Below, in pieces: positions 23,601-35,050 of a DNA stretch of 41,641 bases (the stretch's first letter is position 1; each line of letters begins with the position of its first letter). The stretch is taken from positions 1-41,641 of the forward strand of contig JALAIB010000046.1 in assembly GCA_023645945.1 (NCBI GenBank), written 5' to 3'. The notes beneath the pieces are model-generated. The model did not search any database and was not told the origin of the DNA. It worked only from the letters and a program-made list of their open reading frames with translations. Source of the DNA: Diploschistes diacapsis. Lineage: Eukaryota. The position numbers and the translations under genes were made by a program.

Positions 23601-24898
23601 CCCCTCACGTCCCTTGGATAGCCCTGACTATATCCGGGATATAAGATGTCTGGTTTATGCATGATCTGCACGATTTTTCCAAGTTGCACCTCATTTCGAA
23701 GCCGTCTTACAATTAGTCTGGATATGAGATGGAGTAGATCGATTCACATGCCGAGGCTAGTATCTTGCGGCATAATCTAGAAACGGATTACCCTTCACAC
23801 GTTCCTTAAGATCTGTATCGTTTGAGCATGGTCTAAAGGAGAATGCGTCCTGGTATGCTAGGCAGGTCAAACATTTTTTAAGAATACGATTGCTGGCGTT
23901 CGGAAATAGATCTACTGATGTTGCTCAAGATACTACTGCGCAGAGTAATGCACCAATCGAACAGTCTCGTGTGACCCATTGATCAATAATAGAGGACTAC
24001 ATATGTTGATCATTGCTTCATCGCCATAGCTGCAATAAATAAAAGCCAAGGCGCCTTGTATCTGGCCTTGTTCAATGCCAGTTTTGAATGTTGCTAATGA
24101 CTTTTGAAGCAAGTACTGTCTTGCCATATCCCGGCGAACCAGTACACCAGAGCACTCTGGAGTCCTTTCTGAGCCAAGATTGGTACTGCGGGCTTTCTAG
24201 GAGCCAGGGGCCGGTTTCGAGGCTGCACTCACCATATATATCATTTTGTCGAAATTGGAAGTCCAAATGAAAGAGCCATCCTGCAATCTGGTCTTTCACA
24301 CTTTCTAATACACAATTTTAGCATATCTCAAACAGCGCCTGCTGGCGGGGCTACTTACCAGAGCTATTCTTGAAAGTCTCTTCCAGAGGAGTCCGGGATT
24401 CTTGACGAAGCTGGGTCACGAGCGTTGAAAGACGCTGATTGAGCTGTGCTTTCTTCGCGTTCAGTTGATGCTTATCTCCGGCCTCGGACTCAGTTGCTCC
24501 CAACACAAGCAATAAATGGAAACGGACAACTCCAAGCATCTGACCTAGAATTCTGTTTCCAGAGAATAGTTTTGACGATTTCATACGACGCTGAGGCTGT
24601 ACCGACAATTGAATCGTTCTTTTTATGCCCGCAAGCACCAGTTCGAGGCACGACAAGGCTGGTAGCAGTTGCTCCACTCGACCCCGAGTCCGCCACGAGG
24701 CTCATCGCTTCACATCCGCAAGGTGTGTAAATTATTCCAAACGGCTTTGAGCTCGTTTGATTCATCAGACAAGGCTTTCAAACCAGGATCTGGCCTTCCA
24801 TTGGGGATGGAAGCTTGGTACTCTTGTATGGACTCTGTAATCTCGTTTACCAAGACGGTTCGTGCCAGAATAGGTGCAGCTATATTGAGTGGATCCAT
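20700..24898 (-). pseudogene. NLR-type gene: N-terminal helical (SesA/HeLo-like) domain - NACHT - ankyrin repeats - Ser/Thr kinase - ankyrin repeats; decayed
   Basis: Start MDPLNIAAPILA (ATG 24898). NACHT entry WL..LDF..RQ..TGPWLLES..YQSW..LWCTGSPGYGKT (~24120). Post-NACHT TCLAY...PFLDYAA. About six ankyrin repeats (22979-23600). Kinase motifs IYTEYC, ILHRDIKPAN (~22010), KFCDLGLAK and DIYSLG. Further ankyrins TPLHWAV, TSIHIAAD and TPLQRAAA (20770-21200). Many stops and frameshifts; most of the NACHT core appears deleted. Confidence 0.8.
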
Positions 24899-25649
24899 TG
24901 AATAAGTATTAAACTTCAAGGGAATAAACTAATTCTGTACCATAGTGCAGATATTCTCGACAACCCCGCAACCAAAGAAGCTTCGAGAGCCAGCTTTTAG
25001 CTAGCCTTATATCGCTAGGAACACATTGTTCCGTCATCCTCAGCATTTGAAGCATAACCAAGCTTGGTAATCTTACCGGCATCGGGATAGGTATCACCCT
25101 GATAGTTTATGCAAAGGGCTGAAACCTAGGCAGCCCCTGTCTCCAGAAGTATTGCCTATACTGTATAACGTTTATTAAGCCACAACGTTTCCGAATATAG
25201 AAATTAATTCAAATTGCTGGATTTAGCGGAGTTAAGTTTTACTTTTCAGATTTAAGTGTGATATTACAAAGCGCCAGTTTAGTACCGCTAGGCCACATAG
25301 CCAAAAGACCAACAATACTGGATTCTGCCAGTATTGAACTAAACTGATATATATAGCGAAACCACATAAGTAAGCATTTTTTAACCAAGCTTTGCTATTT
25401 AAATGCATTTATCTGAATGTTGCGAAACCGCGCTCCTTCTTTATTATACCTGAAAGAAGTGGATGGTTAGCTTTATGTTCTTCTCGTTTTTCTCGAACAC
25501 CCCTGTACCTTTTGTTCCTGCCGCAAGCTAAAAGGAGCTTCCCGGACCCCATACTTCTTGCATCCTTTTCAAGAAAGCGAAATTAGGGATTGGCTGCATT
25601 CGTTTAGTCGTCATTGATTCCGTACATATAGATTACGTTGGCATTCCAA

Positions 25650-28600
25650 TTCGCTCTTAAGAGCTCCAAGTTACTTAGAGGCCTGAATTATTCGAAGCTA
25701 AAGAGACTGCTTCCATAGCATTTTAGTGCCCAAGGCTAGACTCCCCCTCTGTATCATCTCCCTCTTCTACCGTACCTGTATCTTCATCTAGCATCAGAAC
25801 ATACTTTCCCGTACTCCAATACTCACAGCACTTCTCCTCCATGACTCCGAAGAAGCTTTTGTTCTTTCGATGAAAGCTTGAACACTCTCCTTATCGTAGA
25901 GTCAGATCGTAGTCCCAAAAGTTTTCGTGGCTTCCTCAATCCATCTTGTGCTTGGGTCGACAATCCTGAACTGTTCATGTATGGTTGCTGCGTCAGTCCA
26001 TCCCTTACATTCAACCAAAGTGTCGGAAATTTCGCCTGGGCCCAGTTTCTGGGTCCCTGCGGCCAAAATATAGAAGAATTCCTACGTATTCCATGAAGTC
26101 CTGGAGGAAAGAATCTAGGTATCCTTCGAATATCCCTCACGTTCATCCTCTTCGTCCCAAAAGACGTCTGTTCCTATGCTCCCGACCTCTATTTCTTCTG
26201 TATTACACGATCGCCAAGAACCGCCCTTCTCCAGATTATTTTGCAGTCCTCGGTATTGTCCAAAAGTCATCACAGACATTTTTATTTATTGATTATTAAT
26301 ACTCTTCTTTATCTGCCCATGCGTTTCTCGCCTTCCGCAACCGGCTTGGGAGTCCTCATTAGTACTGTCTAAGAATGCAATGTTTAGCAACGGCGTAACT
26401 CTTTTCGATTATTTGTCTCTGCTGGCGACTATCTAGATCATGATCGTAATGTCCATCTTGTTCTGTTAGCAGCCAGCCGCAGCATCCTGAATGTCCTTTC
26501 TCATCGACCGTTGGTGCCAGTATTAACGATGCTCTTCCTAATGTGAAAACCTTTTGGAAACATGCAGCAAGGGCATGGGTTATTTGAGATAGGATTATTT
26601 TAATTCCTAGTAGACCGCTTCATTTGTTAGCTTGTCCAGTCTCTGATCTGCTGCTAACACGTCACGTCACATCCTGTCCCAATATCTTCTGAAGCTTGTT
26701 CAACGTCTAAGTAAGCTAGATACTGGGGTCAGGTTTCCTAGCATCGGGCTTGAGCAAGGAAAACTTCAAAGTACCTGAAGTTTTTTGATCTCGGCAATAT
26801 CCAAGATCAGCACTCCTGGAATCTCCCTCTGGGTGCGTCATGCCGGAGTCCTAGTTTGATCTATTCCTGAAGTACTAAGAGCCCATAATCATTCCAATAT
26901 TTCTCACAGTAGAGCTTTTACGGAAATGTCACACCTTTCATACAGCCCCCACAAAAGTCTACCTTTTAGAGTCACTTTCTGGAGGAAATGTAAAGTTCTG
27001 AGGGTCGACCATGAACATTTCAAGATTATGCTGTCAACAATGCTCTCCCTCTGTTCGCTATGTTGCAGAAAAGGCTCGACTATCGGCCCTAACAACTTTC
27101 ACGCTATCTTGGCTTGGACCCTGCAGAATTGTGTTTTCCTGTATATGACCTGGGCATCGGGCTTCTGAAGGTAAGATCCAGATAGTTCCATAACTGAAGA
27201 TACGTTCAGGAGATGGATAGAGGTCTTAGCTCAGAGGTAAGGTTGATGCACGGCATAGTTGGTCAGCGGCCATCTTTCATATTTAAGCACGAATATCCAA
27301 ACAGGCGGAAATTCCACATCGGACCTGGACTTTAGCGTTCTGTGACTCAACGGTAGCTTTTCTCTAGGCCGGAACGACTGGATTGACCTGGGTTCGAAAT
27401 CAGCGTCATCTTGTACTTCAACAATCAATAAGAACGATCGGAGGATGTTGGCCAAAGTGGGACGATCGGGATCCTCCGAGAAGACACCATCCACCTGTGA
27501 GAGGTTTAAACCGCTAGACTCGCAGGAACAGCAGATCCACACCTTGGAGCAGAAGCTCCAGACGTTAGCGGAGCAAGATGATGAGTAACTGCCTTTTTAA
27601 TATCTGCCGGGTGGGAGATCAGCATGAAAGCCACAACCGGAATATCCTCGGTGTGTGTGTGTGCGTGAGAATATTCTATTAACAACCGCCTATTGGGTGT
27701 CTGCAAACCCTTGCTCGGTAGTAGTTTTGGAGTCCGATCCCAAAGCTCAATCTTATTGAGGAGTACCAATCTAGGGCCAAGTCAAGAAGGTCAAACAAGC
27801 CCGCCAAGAGCCGCACAAGCTGGACTCAGGTGGTTGCCCTTTTCACTTTCTTTTCTTTTCTTCAGTAATTCGTTCTAATATGGTCCTGTCCTGCGTATCG
27901 CCGTCCTGCTTGTCGTATTTTACCCTTTTACACAATCTGTAGAAGTTTGTTATAACAGTCACCTCAACTAGAAATTCCGGCAATTGCATTGAAAAAAATA
28001 CCTCATTATATGTCGATGGTGGGAAAGTCCTGTTGAGCTCCGGCTAAGAACCCCTTGGTAGGTTCAGCTCGCGAATGTTGCAAAATCCACAAGTGCCTAT
28101 CCTAACCGCATCTTGATTTGAGGAGAAAAGTTACCGGAGCTCGTTTTCTCCGTTTCGTAGACCAAAGCTCTCCCTCAAGTCCTATGCGCCTTGTCCTTGT
28201 GGTATCTTGACTTTATTTCTTCAGATTGTTGAATCATGCCTGTCAACTGCAAGCGGATCTTTTAAGTATTCTCAAGCTTTCGTCCTGAAATGGATATGTC
28301 ATTAAGGACCCACGCTTCCAATTCTCCCAAAACCAGCCGCTTTTTATGTTAACTTTCTGTGCTCTCGTTTAAGTCGAACCTGTTGGATCATCAGGCATGG
28401 ACTGAAGAATCTAAACCTCTGGCGCTGTTTAAGACCCTTGCGATAGATCTAAAGAGATTTTATCAGTTTAGGTGCAGTTATAGAGGGACAGAAAATTTAT
28501 CTCTGTATCCTCTTCGGCTATTGCCATCTTTCATTCCTTGAGATGCTTTGTGATTCCATCATAATCAAGCAACAGCGGCGTTGCGCGAACCTCGGCTTGA

Positions 28601-31600
28601 GTGCAAACTTCTAAATGAGAAGCCCATAGCTTTAAATTCCGGAAGTTCTATAACACCTCGCCTGAGCTGCGTAATGACGCTATTTTGCACTGTACAGGGG
28701 TGTCCCTAAGTCCTCTTTCCATAAGTTGTATATCGCGTCTAAGTTGCCTGGCCATACTGATAGGCCATGAGCATCTGTGATCATTTATCCCGCGAATATC
28801 TGGGTGCATTATTAGATCCCTGAAGTCAGATGGTACTCAAGAACGTTCTTTCTATTCCGAATTCCATCGCTCAGAAGCTTGAGCCTTTTAGGATCAGTGA
28901 GTTCGGGTTAACAAGACGCCTAAATCAGTCTCAAGTAGCTTTGTCCTAATTGCTGTTTTTAGTGAATCTTAATCTGATCTCCCTAGTAACCAATGTCTAA
29001 TTCCTCAATATACTATCCATAAGTAGTACTCAGGAAGTAGTCATTCATTTTCTGTACGACATACTAGGTTCGCCCTGCTCCTGTCTGTCTCAGCTATCCA
29101 GGATTTTCCTGCCGCTCTGTTTTGGATCTCTTGGGCAGTGTTCCAGACCCTATCCTTTCTTCCATTACGATTGATAAAGTATGGTTGACTTGTAAGATTC
29201 GTTATCACCAGAAACAGGCGCAATGCTCTATCTAATTTCACTCTCCTTGTTTCTTTTCTGTTGATGAAGCGTTACCAATATAGAGACGATCTTTTGTTTT
29301 CTCGTCAACAATCAAGACGCTGTGGGGATTTTCCAGCGTGGCTCCCTGGAGCGATATTTCAACAAATAGTCCAATAGTACCCAAGAAGATCACGATACTT
29401 CAGCCTCAAAATCAGGTACTTCTTCTGCTCCTCTTGTATCAAAAGTTCAGTTGGCCTCACAGGTCCATAGAACATATACTGATCCTATAGAGATTTGCAC
29501 GTTCCGTGGCACTCCCGGCATATTATTGTTTAGGTTTATTGCGTCCCTGTGTAGAAGGTCTGGATTCTCTTCCTATAAACTTCCTTGTGTCGTTCAAACC
29601 CATCTATTGCAAGTATCACCGGCTTTGATCCTGAGATCATCGTTTGTTCGCTTTGCTCAGGCTCCATCGGAACTTCGTAGCCAGCCATGTGGCCCAGTCT
29701 TGTATCGGGTTGACAGCCAGATCCTATTTCCACTTCGCGTTGAGACAGCTGTTTTACTTCGGCCGAATATGTGATCGTGAGTCGAGACCGAGGTTTATGC
29801 CTCGGCCAAAAAAAAAGTCACGATCATCCAGTTCAAACCCTTTTCTGGGCCTCGTAAGGGCCATAAAGGTTACAAAATTGAGCGATACTATTAGTTTCTG
29901 CTGACCTAGATGAGTTCAGCCAATTCAAGATCTTCACGAAATACTATTAGATTCGTCCGAGTCTTTTGAAAAGCTCACAGATATTATAGACATATATCAT
30001 GCGGGAAAGAGATCGTCAAAAGGGCTCCTGTATTGAACGTCTCCTAGAACCTTTTGAAAGTCACATTACCCTGTTGAAGAACAACTAGCTTTTTGCAGCT
30101 ATGCGCACTCAGGCCTAATCCTGCTTTCTGATTGCCTATCGTGAGTATTTGAACCCTTCTTAAGTCCAATATGTCCTTTGAAGTATCTCTCCATCGAATG
30201 TCCACCCCGTTTTCTTTACACTGGTTGTGAGGGAAGGTCTTTATGTCAAAAGCGTTCTGTCTTGGCATACAAGCTCGGCTTGTAGTTTTATCTCGATCCA
30301 TTTCCTGTATGAGTAAATCGTTATTTTTACACGACGATATCATGCAGTCGCCCTGATCAGGAGGCTCTAGAGATCCGGAGATGACCGTTTAATTCTCCTG
30401 ATACCGATATAACATGGCCTTGTAGCTCTTGCATTGCGGGCTTGATATGGCTTGGCAACCTTGCGGGCTGCAGCACGACCTAGAACTCTTTAAGACCGAG
30501 TTTGTTCAGACTACTACCTTTCTTCCCAAAGACATCGGCTTGGGTTAGTATGCCCATGAGCCGCAGGTGCAATACAAGTAAATTATCTTTCCCTGTCCCT
30601 AGACATCGCCTTTTATGAGCTAATTAGCTTTGCCCTCTTTGCAGGTCTTTCCTCCTGTCCCTCTCTTGGCGTACGAGAAGCAGAGCCCTGTGGGTAAACG
30701 AGCCTGTCTACAATGGGCGACGACGTATGCATCGCGGTGGCAACAGGCGTCTCGAAACGCCGCGCAGTGATAGGACGTTCGTAAGGGCGCTCCCGAGTCT
30801 GCAACGACTTGGCAATAGATTTCAAGCTGCTGGATATGTCCTCTTGGATTTCAAGCATGACCTGGCCTTATTTCTTTCAGGTTCTATCATGCTCCGGAAT
30901 ATAGGGTTAAAATAACCCGTTCAAGTACTTTAGTATATGCCCTTTCCCAAGCTCTTCTAGTTGAGTTATGAAGTCAATCGAGTATTCGCGCCATCTTCCT
31001 CATTTAGGGTCTCATCACGATATGGTTTCAATGCTGGCTCTAACTCAATTTCTTTCATCTAGATCGGGATGGCAGCTACTAAACGGCAATACTGAAAGGG
31101 CTAGGGGAGAGCCTCGCAATGTGTCATCGGAACGCTGCAACCTTTGTCTCTCCAGTGGTCGTGGTGGTCGCAGGCTTGACAGAGGAAGTGGAGGTGGGAT
31201 GGCTTCCTTTTTCTGCAACATTCTCTTCATTTTCCACCTCACCTTCCTATGAAGGTAGAATATCAGAAGTTGTGGCCTTAGTAACTGAGAGCAGGCCATC
31301 GGAGTACCTACAAACGATCTGTGTACCGATTGACTTCTTGTGCTCTCTGAACTAGCTGGATGCGTATAATTAATTCCTCTTGGCGGCTGTTTATCGACTT
31401 TCCTTATTTGAACATCCTACCATACCATCTAGTGCATGGAGCTAGTATAAGGACCCATATAATATTGGTCTTCGTTCAGTACTTCTAAATTTTCTGCTCC
31501 ACCCTAGTTCCTCTCCCAGGTGCACTGTTTCCTTTATTCTCTTTATCCGCATCTTGATTCCAGCTGGTTGTGAAGCTACTCCCTGTGGGTGTCCGCCTAT

Positions 31601-34600
31601 CTGATCCCAATCATTCACTCGCTTCTTGTTCTCATATTATACTGACGACGCTGCAACACCTCTCAATATGCTTCAATATTCTTCAGTTGTGCAAGGCTTG
31701 GTGTCCCCTGTCTTGCAAAGTCTGCGGCTTGAGTATTAAACTTCTGGAATCCGGCAACACTTTTTCCTACTAGAGTCAACCCAATTCTTACACCAGAAAT
31801 CGTCCATGACGGCCCTACAGAGGCTAAGGTGTCCTATTGAGCTCCATCGTGCCTTAAAAGATCCCTCAGACTCAGACGTAAACTTGTGTAACCCTGTAAC
31901 CTGCGGCATTCGTTCCACATCTCGACCTACTCCTGCGACCTTTCACTATTTTCCTCGACGAAGACCACCCCAGCTGCGTTGAAGCCAGTACATCACCAGC
32001 ATAACGAACTCGTTAGTTCAGCGAGGGCTAAGAACGCTGAATCTGCAGTGAAAATCGTGAAGCTTTATCACAAGGTCCTGTGTAAATCTGATTATCTAGT
32101 GCGCGAAGTATACATCCTTGGCTTTCAGGAGTGCTTGACTCAATCTAGGAGCGCACGCGGAGAGGCTCTGAATTTGTTACATGCTAGCTTGACTATCAGC
32201 AACTGCAGTCCTGGGTTCCCAACAACTTGGAACGTGTGCTTTCCACTGTTCCAGGCTTCTCCTCAACTATTTCACTGCATGTCGACTCTTCGGGATATGA
32301 TCCAAAATGCAAGAACCTTCTCTCTTCCTGATGGAGAGACCTGTTGGTTACATTGCGAGTCTTATTACCCATCTAACCGGTAACGCCTAGGATCTAGTCA
32401 ACTGGCTCGTGGAACGCACATCACTATATGGTGGGTATTTCCCTTTCTGATTTGTTTGAGTCTTTGTTTCGTTATACCAGTTGTCTTGGCTTATGGTAGC
32501 TGTGGTTTCCAAACGCCGTGGATGCTGAAAAAGGAGATATGAAAAGTGTCCGGTAGATGCAGTTTTCCAATTTTAAGACGGTAGAAGCGTTGGAGCGCAT
32601 TGCGAGTCTTTCTCAGATGGATCCAAACCTACCATCAAGCCATGTGCGTTGATCCATCCTTTACTTCCAGGTACCTCGCATGGTCACTGTAGTCTATCTA
32701 GAGAAATCCCCCTTCCCTGGAACGTTGCGTCCAGTACTTGAGTACATTCAAGCTTATTATCGCTTGTTAACCAAGTTCCGATATTGTACCTGGAAGTCAA
32801 TCTCGACGAATCCAAAATCTGCCGCAAATTCTAAACATATCGTATCGACCAGCAAGATAAGTAGAGATATTCTCCCAATTCGCCACTTGTTCGAGCTTTC
32901 TGTGTTGTAGTAGCAATATTATGCAACGTCTGTCAGTCTTGAATGTTCTGCCTGTTTTTCTCTTTGAAGGTTCTGCCTGTTTTACTCGAGCTAGAATCGC
33001 TCGTACTTAGAATTAAGACGCCGTCAAATTCAAGGCACTTATAGCAACCGCATGGCCTAGGATCTGCCAAGATTATGCAGTATGTTGTACCGTTGCGCCC
33101 TAATTGCGACTTACCAAAGTTGCAATGTCTGTCGCTAATCCTATAGATTTATTGGAACATTTCTCCATATATACTCCGCTGTACCGATGATACTCAGGTA
33201 GATGTGGTACCCAGTGCCGAAGAGAGGTATCGGAGTAAAATCTGGTTGATCAGTTCAACCTCACTGTGCTTGACCAACTGTTTCCCTTACAATCTCGTTG
33301 GTATGACTCGGCCCGCTGACCAGGCTAGCCGGATCACCTGAAACAGATCAGTTGACTCTGACTCAGAAGACATCCTCAAGCGTTGTCTAAAAAGAAGCCA
33401 AACTATGTTATTAAGCATGTTGTAGCGGTTAAGGCGTTGGCCGTGGAGGTTGGCGCCGAGACTTAATATCTGGTTTAGCGTTTCCAACAACTCCGAGAAG
33501 CTTAGGCAAAAGAGGCCGGATTATCAAATCGGCAACAAGATAAACCTGCTTTTTTCTATGTACAATGGAAACCAAAACACTAATAAAGGCCGGTTCTCTG
33601 AACGCTTGCGAGGTCGCTGATGCTCTCATTGAGCTTCTGGTAGTCGAGATGGCCCTTCGGACTAGGCAGAGTTGTGGCGATCCTGGTAAGCTTTTATAAA
33701 CCTTTCTGTGGCAATTCCATATGTGTATACACCCTTTCCAGACAGTACACAAAGAAAATATCCAGGGCTAAATATGCATCAAGGTACTGGCTAGTGTGTT
33801 CGTTCTGCTCGCTAGTACCCCTATTCTAGTGTGTTCACCTTGCTCTTGGCTATGACTGGTAGTTCGTGCGTTTCAAGGCTGGGACGCCCACAGAGGCCCT
33901 CAAACTACCTTTCTAATTGTAGCGCAGAAGATAGATTCCTGATTCTGTAAGCTGATGGATCACTATTTTAAATCCACCGAGAGAACTCCGAGTCCTCCAA
34001 CGATTTGTAACCTTGTAGTCCCTCCAGTGTTTGACACTATGGCTAGACCTCCCATAGTAGCATGTAAAACGTTCAAACACCTAGATAAAATATCTCAATG
34101 TCAGATTCCTGTATTTGGATCCATTTATATACTGCTTTCAAGGTTCTTCAGTCCCAATGTTGTTCAATTTTAGGGTAGCTTGAATTGCCGTTCTAGCTCC
34201 TACACTATCTCGGAGTCCTCCAGAGTGTCATCCGTTCTAACTTGTTTCAATATGCTAGTCCAGTTCGAGTTTTGCGCCTTTGCTTTTGTCAATTAGAGGA
34301 CCAAGATAAGCAAAGAGCTTTAAAGAACGGGAACCAACTATTTACCACGCCGAGCATGGCCTGCAGTTTCCTGTATGCAGATATAGAATGATGCCTTGGG
34401 TATTGTGCTTGGCTAGCAAAGGTCACCTGTTGGTTCCGTTGAAGTCCTAAATTCCCGAATGATGGCTAAGCATTGAAGCCTGATCTCTATTGCATAAGGG
34501 TAGACGTCCTGGTCTGAGCTCACTTTGTACAGTGAGGGACAATTTTAACCCTTTTGAGCTTATCCCTTGGCGCAAGGCTATGTAGTGCTCTTCAAACCCC

Positions 34601-34700
34601 TTTGAGGCTTTTGCCACCCACTCCTTAAAGTAGGCATCTCTGGTGCTTGGATTGAAGATCTGCACCTGCTCTCTCATCACAGCTGGATCAGTCCAGCGAC
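25650..34700 (-). pseudogene. Long tract of decayed, unidentified minus-strand coding sequence (one or several genes)
   Basis: Long - strand frames broken only by scattered TAA/TAG/TGA. ORFs 27231-27542 and 26904-27095 share one frame; similar frames at ~32400-32910 and ~33930-34290. No family motif recognised. Confidence 0.45.
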
Positions 34701-34779
34701 GACGTCCTACTAATGCATCCGAAATAGCTCCCAGACCAGTAATCTGTGTGGCTCCTGCAAAAGCGTACGGAATACCTCC

Positions 34780-35050
34780 ATGCCGTCTACGGATGCAAGG
34801 CCAGAATTACCTCCAGTACAGACCCAGAATGTTTTGACTCCGGCTACGAGCATGGGTATTCCTCCTTATTGGCATCCAGCCCCTGAGCCAGGCACAACGG
34901 GAGCTCCTTTCTTTACTGGTAGGGATGTGTCCAAGTTCGTTACCCAATGGGAAGGGTTTTGTAGGAAGTACCTTATGACGGCAGAAGAGTTCTTTGTCCG
35001 CTTGACTGACTACAGTGAGGAGTCCATTGGTGTACTAATTGAAGCTTCCA
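34780..35050 (+). mobile_element. Probable N-terminal gag fragment of a fungal LTR retrotransposon
   Basis: PEPGTTGAPFFTGRDVSKFVTQWEGFCRKY...RLTDY...IG resembles the PxPGxxGAPxFxGxNVTxFLxxYxxxC start of fungal Gypsy-like gag proteins. No pol or LTR pair found. Confidence 0.5.

Noticed and set aside
27650..27667. (GT)n microsatellite
   Set aside because: Short and unremarkable.
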